From positions 364,414 to 428,413 of the forward strand of contig OY761558.1 in NCBI GenBank assembly GCA_963664725.1: a stretch of 64,000 bases of DNA, read 5' to 3'. The notes below the pieces were generated by a model that saw only the letters and a list, made by a program, of their open reading frames with translations, searched no databases and was not told the DNA's origin. The position numbers were made by a program, and so were the translations under genes. Positions 8,946-17,467 of the stretch are shown here, piece by piece. The DNA is from Dehalococcoidia bacterium. GTDB taxonomy: Bacteria > Chloroflexota > Dehalococcoidia > Lucifugimonadales > UBA3495. Position 1 is the first letter of the stretch; each line of letters opens with the position of its first letter.

Positions 8946-10033
8946 TCACCCACCAGTTCTTTGAGGGCCGCAACAACCTGGTCAGTTTCCTCGGGCAGGC
9001 CCACACTGGCCCGTACGTAGTCCCGAAGTTGCGGGGTGTTGAAGTAGCGCAGGAAAATGCCGCGCCGGCATAGTCCTTCGAATATTTCCTGGCCCCTTCC
9101 CTCGGGCAGACGACACAGGATGAAGTTGGCCTGGGACGGCCACACCTGGATTCCCGGAATACCTTCCAGCAGTCCTGTCATACGCTTCCGTTCCTGCACA
9201 ATTGCCTGGACCCGGTTAAGCAGTGTGGGGCGGTCATTGAGTGAGGCTATGAGGGCCACTTCCGCCGCCAGGTTGACGTTGTAGGGCGACTTCATGCTCA
9301 TCATAGTGCGGGCAACACCGGGCTCCATAACCCCCAAACCAATTCTCAAGCCAGCCAGCCCTGCCCACTTGCTGAAAGTACGCAGAACTACCAGGTTAGA
9401 GTATTCATCCACCAGGGGCAGGACTGAATGGCCACAGAATTCATAGTACGTCTCGTCTACCACCACGATCTTGCCCGTGTCCAGCAGGGCGCGTATGGAC
9501 TCTTCCGAGGCCGCGTTTCCGGTGGGGTTGTTGGGCGAGGCAAGGAAAATGGCCTTGGTTTCCTCGTCAAATGCCGCGACGGTGGCTTCAATGTCAATGT
9601 CGAAAATTTCATTGCGGGGCACAGCCTTTACCTTGCCACCGCAGACTTCCGCCGAGAAGGCGTACATTCCGAATGTTGGAGTTGGAATGACGATGTTTTC
9701 GCCTGTCCCCAGGAACATGCGCAAGATCATGTCGATCAACTCGTCGCTGCCGTTACCGGCAACGATCTGCTCGGCGGGCACACCCAGGTATCCCGAAAGC
9801 GCATCCCGCAAATGGCGCTGGTCCGGGTCAGGATAATGGTTGTAGTGCTGAAAGCTGCCCAGGGCCTTCACCACCTCCGGCGAAGGACCGAAAGGGTTTT
9901 CGTTGCCGTTGAGCCGGATTACTTCTTCCGGGGGAATGCCGGCCTGCTGTGCCATCACCTCCATGGGGTCTACGCCATCATAGGTCTTCAATTGGCGGAT
10001 GTGGGGCAGCAGGAGGTCTCTAACGTCGGTCAT
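8942..10033 (-). CDS. hisC: Histidinol-phosphate aminotransferase
   Basis: Class-II aminotransferase pattern (LNGNENPFGPSP, SPNNPTGN, RTFSKWAGLAGLRIG). It overlaps hisB by 4 nt. Confidence 0.9.
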   Translation of the reverse strand: MTDVRDLLLPHIRQLKTYDGVDPMEVMAQQAGIPPEEVIRLNGNENPFGPSPEVVKALGSFQHYNHYPDPDQRHLRDALSGYLGVPAEQIVAGNGSDELIDMILRMFLGTGENIVIPTPTFGMYAFSAEVCGGKVKAVPRNEIFDIDIEATVAAFDEETKAIFLASPNNPTGNAASEESIRALLDTGKIVVVDETYYEFCGHSVLPLVDEYSNLVVLRTFSKWAGLAGLRIGLGVMEPGVARTMMSMKSPYNVNLAAEVALIASLNDRPTLLNRVQAIVQERKRMTGLLEGIPGIQVWPSQANFILCRLPEGRGQEIFEGLCRRGIFLRYFNTPQLRDYVRASVGLPEETDQVVAALKELVGE

Positions 10034-10112
10034 ATCACTATTCCGGGTTAAGTTTGGGGTTTCAGCAGAAACTTACGGCAATGGAAACCTGGGCCTCTAT
10101 TTGGGCAACCGC

Positions 10113-11456
10113 TTAAGCTTTGGCCTTCAGGCTGTCCAGACGAACCTCGATGGCTCCGGAATGACCGGTGAGGCCCTCGGCGTGGGCAATCTGCACCGCG
10201 GCCTGGCCCAGATCCTGGAAGACTTCGGGGGTCAGGCCTACCACCGGCATGGTGCGCATGAAGTGGTGGACACTCAGAGCCGAGTTGAAGCGGGCGGTGC
10301 CGCCGGTAGGCATTACGTGACTGGGCCCGGCGATGTAATCTCCCATAACTTCGGGGGAAAATTCGCCGAGGAACAGGCCGCCGGCATTCTTGACCTTACC
10401 GGCCCAGACCCAAGGGTCGGCGACCATCATGCACAGGTGCTCCGGGGCAATGCGGTTGGCCAACTCCACCGCCTCGTCCATATCCTCCACGAGCACGATA
10501 CGGCCCTGACGTTCCAGGGCGTCCCGGGCAAGATCTCCCCGTTCCAGAGACGCCAGCCTCAGTTCCACTTCCTCCTCGACCTGGGCAATGAGCTTCCTGG
10601 AATCTGTTACGAGAATGGCTGTGGAGAGGGGGTCATGCTCGGCTTGGGCGATCATATCGGCGGCGCAGAAACTGGCCTGGGCCGTATCGTCGGCAATGAC
10701 GATGGTCTCTGTCGGACCGAATATGCCGTCTATATCCACCTGGCCCTGTACCAGCTTCTTGGCATAGGCCACAAAGATGTTGCCCGGCCCGCAAATCTTG
10801 TCCACCCTGGGTATGCTTTCCGTACCATAGGCCATGGCGGCTATTGCGGGGACACCTCCCACCTGGTAGACAGCGTCAACTCCAGCAATGTGGGCTGCGG
10901 CCATAACCGCCGGGTTCAAGGGTTCAGCGCCACGCCGGGGGGTGGTCAGAATAACATCCTTCACGCCGGCAACCCGAGCTGGTATGGCAGTCATTAGCAC
11001 CGTAGAAGGGTATGCGGCGGTGCCGCCCGGGGCGTACAGGCCCACGCGCTCCAAGGGGCGGACCATCTCGCCCAGTCCCTGTTCCAGATCAATCCAGTTA
11101 CGCGGCAGGGTGGCCTGGTGGAAGTCGGTGATGCGCTGGGCCGCCAACTGCAAGGCGGACTCAAGCTCCGGTGAGATACTTTCGCGGGCTTTCTGCAATT
11201 CCGAGTCGCTGATTCGTAACTCTTCCAACTCGGCGCCATCCAGCAGTTTGGCATATCTGCGAACTGCCGTGTCTCCTTCTCTCCGTACGTCCCCCAGCAT
11301 GGTGAGCACAGACTGTTCGGGGGTAACGTCTGAGCCAAAAGCCTGCCTGGTCCGTTCAACCACCGACTCGGGCAGGGAGTCCATGTCCAAGGGATCGAAG
11401 CGGGCCAGGACGCCTTCGGCCTCCGCCAGCCCTTCCACCACTCTAAGCTTCACCAA
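10113..11456 (-). CDS. hisD: Histidinol dehydrogenase
   Basis: GLYAPGGTAAYPSTVLM, AQAEHDP and GDYIAGPSHVMPTGGTARF. Confidence 0.9.
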   Translation of the reverse strand: MVKLRVVEGLAEAEGVLARFDPLDMDSLPESVVERTRQAFGSDVTPEQSVLTMLGDVRREGDTAVRRYAKLLDGAELEELRISDSELQKARESISPELESALQLAAQRITDFHQATLPRNWIDLEQGLGEMVRPLERVGLYAPGGTAAYPSTVLMTAIPARVAGVKDVILTTPRRGAEPLNPAVMAAAHIAGVDAVYQVGGVPAIAAMAYGTESIPRVDKICGPGNIFVAYAKKLVQGQVDIDGIFGPTETIVIADDTAQASFCAADMIAQAEHDPLSTAILVTDSRKLIAQVEEEVELRLASLERGDLARDALERQGRIVLVEDMDEAVELANRIAPEHLCMMVADPWVWAGKVKNAGGLFLGEFSPEVMGDYIAGPSHVMPTGGTARFNSALSVHHFMRTMPVVGLTPEVFQDLGQAAVQIAHAEGLTGHSGAIEVRLDSLKAKA

Positions 11457-12201
11457 GATACTCCTTAACCTGCAACAAAGTCTGTTTTACCGCCGCCTCA
11501 CGGTAGGCTTCGACCCTTTCCCTGGAAACTTTTTTATACACGGCATCCAGACTTTCGGGCATATCCGCCAGAAACCGGTCTACCATAACCTGCACGTCGC
11601 CGTTGTCGCGGTACATGCGATTCAGGGCACGTTTCAGGCGCTGCCAGTCAAATTCCCAGCCCATAAACCGCGCCACCCACTGCCGCCACTCAGCAAGCAC
11701 GTCGGCGCTTATGAAGTCTATCTCAACCCCTTGATCGCCGTCGCAGATGGCCTGACTGACCAAGCTGAATCCGTCCAGTTCCTGGTGGGCCTGCCGGTCC
11801 ATATCCAACTGGACTGCCCGGTCCCAGATCTGCGCTTCCTCGTCGGTCTCGGCCAGGGTATAGTCCCGGGAAAAATAAGGCCGAAACATAGTGGTGATCC
11901 ATAGCTCATCGGCCGTAAGGTGGCTGACATATCCAAGCACGAAAGACCTGGTGGCACAATTATTGTTGCCTCGGTCGGCCAGTTCTGGATAAAGCTCGAA
12001 CATGCGTCGAGTGCCGTCCCCCACCGATTCCAGGGACAGTGGCGCAAAGTGAGTCCGCTCCCGGTCCCACTTGGTCATCGCGCGAATGTCTGGCGTGGTG
12101 GAGCCCAAAAAGCAACTGCCCAAGTTGTCGTGGACAAATCCCCAGTCCAACTCCCTGGCCACCTGGCCGGCGATGTATATGTGCATTGGGAGATTAGGCA
12201 C
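11443..12201 (-). CDS. Uncharacterised protein embedded in the his operon (weak resemblance to Zn-dependent phospholipase C-like metallo-phosphoesterases)
   Basis: GTG start at 12201 overlaps the hisG stop (TAGTG), and the 3' end overlaps the hisD start by 14 nt. The N-terminus MPNLPMHIYIAG... and scattered His/Asp (HDN, SHLTADE) are the only family hints. Confidence 0.6.
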   Translation of the reverse strand: MPNLPMHIYIAGQVARELDWGFVHDNLGSCFLGSTTPDIRAMTKWDRERTHFAPLSLESVGDGTRRMFELYPELADRGNNNCATRSFVLGYVSHLTADELWITTMFRPYFSRDYTLAETDEEAQIWDRAVQLDMDRQAHQELDGFSLVSQAICDGDQGVEIDFISADVLAEWRQWVARFMGWEFDWQRLKRALNRMYRDNGDVQVMVDRFLADMPESLDAVYKKVSRERVEAYREAAVKQTLLQVKEYLGEA

Positions 12202-13262
12202 TATTGTCCCCCAAACTCCTGGCTGGCTGCGCCAACTTGTTGGAAGAGCCTGCTGAAGACCGAGGAATCTTCCCGGAACAAGTAACTCAACTGTGACGCC
12301 GATATCTCAATGCCGCCGCAATCTCGAAGGTGGTCAACAGCCTCCATAAGACGGTCTTTCCGCACCAACAGAGTTACCGCATACCAGTCCTGCTCTTCCA
12401 CATTATATACCCGTGCGATGGTGGGGCCGCGCAAACCCGAAACCTCCGGACGGCTGAGCACCGTCGCGCTGACCTCTTCGGGAGAACTTCCCCGCACGTT
12501 GGCGGTGAGCCGGTAGTAGGGTTCCGCCCGCATATGGGACTCCAGCATCTCCACCAGTTCCCGGGCCAGGGTCAGCGCCTCCTTGGCTTGCATAAGGGTC
12601 GTCGTATTGGCAATCAGGCAGGATTGGGAACTGAGAATGGTGCCGCCCTCCAGGGTCTTCAGGCGGTTATCCCGCAGGGTAGTACCCGTAGCCGTCAGAT
12701 CGGCGATTAAGTCGGCGTATCCGGCCACAGGAGCAGCCTCCAGGGCGCCGCTCACGGCAACCAGCGTGAAGTAGTTAATCCCTCGCCGGAACAGGTACTG
12801 GCGCAGCAACCTGGGATACTTGGTGGCGATCCGCAGTTGCTTGCCCTCCTGCCGAAACTCCAGGGCCAGGTCTGCCAAGTCGTCAATGGACGAGACGTCC
12901 AGCCAGGCGTCAGGTACCGCCAGGACAAAATCGCAGCGACCATAGCCCAGATCATCCATCAGGCTGATGACCTTGCGTTCGTCGGTGCGGTACTCCAGGT
13001 ACCGGTCCAGCCCGGTAATCCCCAGTTCCGCGCTTCCTTCCTCCACCTTGGTGGTAATGTCTGCGCTGCGCTGGAACAATACCTCCGCCCCGGGCAGAGA
13101 GGGGATGGTAGCCGTGTACCGGCGCGCGCTTGGCCGACTGACGCGAACACCGCAAGAAGCCAGGTAATTCAGCGTGGGTTCATAAAGTTCCCCGTCGCTG
13201 GGAATTACCAGGCGAAGCGCCGATTCACGCCCATTGGTTCCATTTGTGGGGCTATTCAACAT
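12201..13262 (-). CDS. hisG: ATP phosphoribosyltransferase, long form with C-terminal regulatory domain
   Basis: LRLVIPSDGELYEPT..., a catalytic core, and a HisG_C-like tail (YYRLTANV...GPTIARV...WYAVTLLVRKDRLMEAVDHLRDCGG). Start taken at ATG 13262; the ORF is open to 13295. Confidence 0.85.
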   Translation of the reverse strand: MLNSPTNGTNGRESALRLVIPSDGELYEPTLNYLASCGVRVSRPSARRYTATIPSLPGAEVLFQRSADITTKVEEGSAELGITGLDRYLEYRTDERKVISLMDDLGYGRCDFVLAVPDAWLDVSSIDDLADLALEFRQEGKQLRIATKYPRLLRQYLFRRGINYFTLVAVSGALEAAPVAGYADLIADLTATGTTLRDNRLKTLEGGTILSSQSCLIANTTTLMQAKEALTLARELVEMLESHMRAEPYYRLTANVRGSSPEEVSATVLSRPEVSGLRGPTIARVYNVEEQDWYAVTLLVRKDRLMEAVDHLRDCGGIEISASQLSYLFREDSSVFSRLFQQVGAASQEFGGQ

Positions 13263-14694
13263 GGTAGGCTGCCTGCTGCCCCTTTGAATCCACATATACT
13301 ACCTGGCCTATACCCCTTTGGGCGGCATAGACCAGCGCTTCCGATAACACACGAGTCTGCGGGTCTACTTCTACCAACGACCCTTCCTCTCTCAGTTCTC
13401 GGGCCACTCGGAAAGCCTCACCACACACCTTTTCTGATTCCGATGCCACCAGCACACCGCCATGATTGTCAAGGTTCTCATCAATGCCGTGCTGACGGTC
13501 AGCCAGCGCCAGCAGAGTTTCCAGGGTATAGGCAAAACCCAGGGCAGGGACGTTTCTCTCGCATCCCAGGGCGCGGGCCAGTCCATCGTAGCGGCCGCCG
13601 CCACCCAGGGGCCCGGACCATTCATGGTGCCGTACCTCGAAAACTATCCCATTATAATAGGCGAGACCCCGCGCCAGCCCGAAGTCTACGGTCACCTTTC
13701 CCTGGGTTTCGGTGCAGGACTCCAGCATTTCCACCAATGTCGAAAGGCGACTAATCGCAGCTACATTGGCGTCAGCCTTTTCCATAACCCGCCAGGCAGC
13801 ATTGACTGTCTCTACCGGTTCCCCCTGCAGGCAAGCCAGAGAGGCAGCCAGTTCCAGCCCTCTTTCCAGTTGCCCGACGTCATCGCTTCCCTTCAATTTT
13901 CGGAGGAAGCGTTCAACAACCTGGTCCGGGTCGCGTTGCCCAAATCGGCGAAAGTCGGTACCATTCCACTGCAGAAAGCCTTGAATCACCTGCCTTGCCT
14001 GGTCGTCGTCCAGACCGGCAATAGCCGCGCCCAATTCCTGGTTTTCCGGATTCCGGTCGCCCAAGTGAAGCTGGTAAGCCCTTTCCCTCACCTCGGGCAG
14101 GGCAGCAGGCCCACTCTTGAGCTGGGGCACGGAGGCCAGGATGAAGCTCCTGGCGCGGTCTGACACCTGGACCACGTCCAGCAGGCTGTGAAACACATCC
14201 AGGTCGGCCAGATTAATACGGAACCCCGCCACACCGGCCCGGGCGGGAATTTCAGCGGCCAAGGCAAGAAGCTCCGCGTCAGCCACCACGCTGTCTGCAC
14301 CGATCAGTTCAGCGCCTACCTGGGTGAACTGGCCGGAACCCTCGGGGTGGGCCACATCGTAGCGAAACACCGGTCCGGCGTACTGGAAGCGGGCGGGCAG
14401 AGAAAGTTCATCTCCCACCTCCAGGTAGTGGCGCATTATGGGAGACGTGAATTCAGGGCGCAGGCTTACCTGGTTGCTTCCAGCATCAACGAAACTGTAC
14501 ATCCGTGATGCCAGATCGCCCCCCGACTGCCTGAGAAAAAGTTCGGTGCCCTCGAGCAGGGGAGTCTCCAGGAAGCGGTAGCCGTAGCTGCCTATAAGCG
14601 ATGTCAGGGAGTCCTGCATTCGCTGCTTGCGCAGCCAAGACTCCCTGGGCAAATCGTACATACCCCTTAGGCGGGTTACAGGTTGCATTGACAT
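13252..14694 (-). CDS. hisZ: HisRS paralogue, probably the HisZ regulatory subunit (retains an anticodon-binding-like C-terminal domain)
   Basis: Class-II HisRS fold (GMYD, GGGGRYDGLARALG). Motif 2 is degenerate (FRYDVAHPEGSGQFTQVGAELIG lacks the ErPQxGRxReF arginines). The gene lies immediately upstream of hisG. Confidence 0.6.
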   Translation of the reverse strand: MSMQPVTRLRGMYDLPRESWLRKQRMQDSLTSLIGSYGYRFLETPLLEGTELFLRQSGGDLASRMYSFVDAGSNQVSLRPEFTSPIMRHYLEVGDELSLPARFQYAGPVFRYDVAHPEGSGQFTQVGAELIGADSVVADAELLALAAEIPARAGVAGFRINLADLDVFHSLLDVVQVSDRARSFILASVPQLKSGPAALPEVRERAYQLHLGDRNPENQELGAAIAGLDDDQARQVIQGFLQWNGTDFRRFGQRDPDQVVERFLRKLKGSDDVGQLERGLELAASLACLQGEPVETVNAAWRVMEKADANVAAISRLSTLVEMLESCTETQGKVTVDFGLARGLAYYNGIVFEVRHHEWSGPLGGGGRYDGLARALGCERNVPALGFAYTLETLLALADRQHGIDENLDNHGGVLVASESEKVCGEAFRVARELREEGSLVEVDPQTRVLSEALVYAAQRGIGQVVYVDSKGQQAAYHVE

Positions 14695-14836
14695 CGTGGG
14701 GTATTGTACCCCAGCGGAAAAGGGCGTTCAACGGGCCCGTAGCCGTAAACATGCCATCGCGCCTGAAACAATCCCTTTTGGATCCGCCGTTCTCACGTAG
14801 GCCAGAGGCTGATTGTTCAGAGGAAGGACGCGGCCA

Positions 14837-15598
14837 TCAGGGATGGGCGTTGAGGCCCCCGTCCACGTATATGGGCTGTCCGGTAGTGTAATCGCAGGCC
14901 TCGGAGCACAGGTACACCAGCAGAGGCCCGATGTCACGGGGGTGGCCCTTGCGGCGCTGTGGGATGTAGCGAACCAACTGCTCCTCCCGCTGAATTTCCA
15001 CAGGAACATCTTCGGCAATGGTCCAGCCAACGCCTATGGCATTGACCCGAATGTTGTGGGGTCCCCACTCGACAGCCAGGGAGCGGGTCAGCGCCAGCAA
15101 GCCAGCTTGGCTCACGCTGAAGGCCGAGCCATTCACCATCCCCCGCTCGGCGAGGCCTGAGATTATGTTAACTAAACGGCCGTATCCCTCCGCAATCATC
15201 CTGGCGCCGACTGTCTGGCTCAGTAGAAAAGTGGCCCTGACGTTCCTCGCCTGAATCTCATCCCACTCTGCCTGACCGATTTCCAACGCCGACCGGCCGA
15301 ACATGCTGCGGCCGTCGTTGACCAAAATATCAATCTGGCGGCCACTTCGGTCAAACCCTGCAAGCGCGTCCGCCACCGCGCCCGCCGAATCAAGGGTCGC
15401 CACCACGCCGTCGTGGCGGCCACTGTTACCGGATATGGCGGCCAAAATAGCGTCCAGCCCACTCTGTTGCCGGGCTATGGCAAATACGGACGCGCCGGCC
15501 TCGGCCAATGCCTGGGCAAGGAAAGGCGCCTCGTCTCCGCCGGCCGTGTAAAGTATGGCCGCTTTGCCCGCGAGGCTGTATTGGGGTAGGACCGGCAT
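14837..15598 (-). CDS. SDR-family paralogue with degenerate cofactor and catalytic motifs (predicted non-catalytic)
   Basis: Start at ATG 15598. Gly motif reads TAGGDEAP instead of TGxxxGxG. NDGR replaces NNAG. SAFSVSQAG replaces the YxxxK segment (Y to F, K to Q). Confidence 0.7.
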   Translation of the reverse strand: MPVLPQYSLAGKAAILYTAGGDEAPFLAQALAEAGASVFAIARQQSGLDAILAAISGNSGRHDGVVATLDSAGAVADALAGFDRSGRQIDILVNDGRSMFGRSALEIGQAEWDEIQARNVRATFLLSQTVGARMIAEGYGRLVNIISGLAERGMVNGSAFSVSQAGLLALTRSLAVEWGPHNIRVNAIGVGWTIAEDVPVEIQREEQLVRYIPQRRKGHPRDIGPLLVYLCSEACDYTTGQPIYVDGGLNAHP

Positions 15599-15641
15599 CA
15601 GGCATCTCCGTGGGAGCGGCGCGAAATGGCCGAGCGACTCG

Positions 15642-16451
15642 CTACGGCTCCAGGGGTATCTCCGGGGCATGACCCGTGGGGGCCAGACCCGCCGCCAGCC
15701 CTCCTCCATCCAGGGTGAAAATCTCGCCCGTCATATAGTCGGAGGCAGGCGATGCGAGGAACACGGCCACCGGTCCAATGTCCTGGGGTACCCCCAGTTT
15801 GCCGGTAGGCAGGTAAGCACCCGACCGGGGCAGGGACTCGCGCATCTCCGTATCCGTACCTTCCGTGGGAATAAAACCTGGGACAATGCTGTTGGCGGTA
15901 ATGCCGTACCGGGCCAGGCTGAAGGACAGGACACGGGTAAGCTGTATGATTCCGCCCTTGGTGCAGCAGTAGGTGTAAATGTCCCGGCCACCCCTCAGTC
16001 CAAAACCAGACGAGACGTTGATGATCTTCCCATTTCCCCGATCCGCCATAGACCGGGATGCGGCGCGGGCACAATAGAAGGCGCCAGTGAGATTCACGTC
16101 CAGAGCAGCCTGCCAGTCTTCATCGGTAAGATCCCAGATGGGAGTGGGTACACTGTCCGAGACGAGGGCGGCGTTGTTGATGATAACGTCAATGCGGCCA
16201 AAGTGGTCGAGGGCAGCCTGGACCAGGGCATTGGCCTGGGCCGAGTCACTGACGTCGGTGGGGATGGCGATGGCATCTGGGCCGGCGGCCTTTGCCTCAG
16301 CGGCCGCGCTTTCAATTGGCGCCACCCGGCGGCCGGCAATGACCAAGTTGGCTCCGGCCAGAGCCAGATGGCGCACCATTTCCAGGCCCAGGCCCGTGCC
16401 TCCGCCTGTAACTATGGCAACCCGTCCGTCCAGGCTGAGTTGTTCCAGCAT
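15642..16451 (-). CDS. SDR-family oxidoreductase (FabG-like), canonical motifs
   Basis: VTGGGTGLGLEM, NNAA and YCCTKGG (YxxxK). Confidence 0.85.
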   Translation of the reverse strand: MLEQLSLDGRVAIVTGGGTGLGLEMVRHLALAGANLVIAGRRVAPIESAAAEAKAAGPDAIAIPTDVSDSAQANALVQAALDHFGRIDVIINNAALVSDSVPTPIWDLTDEDWQAALDVNLTGAFYCARAASRSMADRGNGKIINVSSGFGLRGGRDIYTYCCTKGGIIQLTRVLSFSLARYGITANSIVPGFIPTEGTDTEMRESLPRSGAYLPTGKLGVPQDIGPVAVFLASPASDYMTGEIFTLDGGGLAAGLAPTGHAPEIPLEP

Positions 16452-16468
16452 TCTCTATTGAACTCTTC

Positions 16469-17254
16469 CTAAGGAGCCTGCCTTAACGACATGGCGTCGC
16501 CGGCTGCCAGAGTGCGTACCTGGCCGTTATCCTGCCGCAACAGCAGGCTGCCCTGGGTGTCCACGCCGTCGGCAAAGCCCACGTATTCCTCGCCCTGCCA
16601 GGTTACCCGTACTCGCTGCCCCAGGGTGTCCAGCAATTCTTCCCATTCCTCCACCGGACTGTTGCCGTGGTTCAATTGGATATAAAGGGCATCCAACTGT
16701 TGGAGAATCTCCCTCAACAGTTCGTCCCGTGGAATGTCCCCGGCGGAAGCGTGGTTTAGGCTGATTGCGCCGCCGGCAATCTCGTCAATCTCATCGGCAT
16801 CCAACGCTACGTTGATGCCGATGCCTACGATGGAGTGATGCACTAAATCGCCGGCTATGGCGCTTTCCACCAGCAAGCCGGCCACCTTCTTGTCGTTCAG
16901 CAAAACGTCGTTGGGCCACTTGATGCGAGGCTTGAGACCACTGATGTTGGCTATGGCCCGCACCACAGCAACACCGCACAGGCTGTTCAGGTAGGGCAGC
17001 GTCTGAATAGATGGGTAGAGAACCACAGAGAGATAAAGGTTGCCGGAACGGGATACCCAGTTTCTGCCCTGGCGGCCGCGGCTGGCGGTCTGGGTTTCGG
17101 CCACTATAACTGTGCCTTCTTCGGTGCCCCGTTCGGCGCGAAGCCTCGCCTCGTCCATGGTAGAGCCTACTTCCTGGAAGAAGAGAAGCCTCTTGCCGAC
17201 AATGCGGGTGAACAGGCCGCCCCGCAGAGTCTCTGAAACTACGTTTCCTGGCAT
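16469..17254 (-). CDS. birA: Biotin--[acetyl-CoA-carboxylase] ligase, class I (no HTH domain)
   Basis: ETQTASRGRQGRNWVS and KWPNDVLL. Start at ATG 17254 with GGGAG 6 nt upstream; the ORF is open to 17356. Confidence 0.85.
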   Translation of the reverse strand: MPGNVVSETLRGGLFTRIVGKRLLFFQEVGSTMDEARLRAERGTEEGTVIVAETQTASRGRQGRNWVSRSGNLYLSVVLYPSIQTLPYLNSLCGVAVVRAIANISGLKPRIKWPNDVLLNDKKVAGLLVESAIAGDLVHHSIVGIGINVALDADEIDEIAGGAISLNHASAGDIPRDELLREILQQLDALYIQLNHGNSPVEEWEELLDTLGQRVRVTWQGEEYVGFADGVDTQGSLLLRQDNGQVRTLAAGDAMSLRQAP

Positions 17255-17467
17255 TGCATTCTCCCTGTCCCTTTCCAATACGCCGGAATCTTGCCTGAAG
17301 GACAATGGGCCAAATATGTCCGGCAAACGCAGACCACTGCTGAATATCGTCACCACTGCCTCCTCCCCTCACCGCTAATGGCGATTTAGATTCTGTTCTG
17401 CGGCCTCACCGACACTGTTCCTATCGCCGCAGACATCTAACTTAAACTGATGCGCCGCTGTCTGGCC

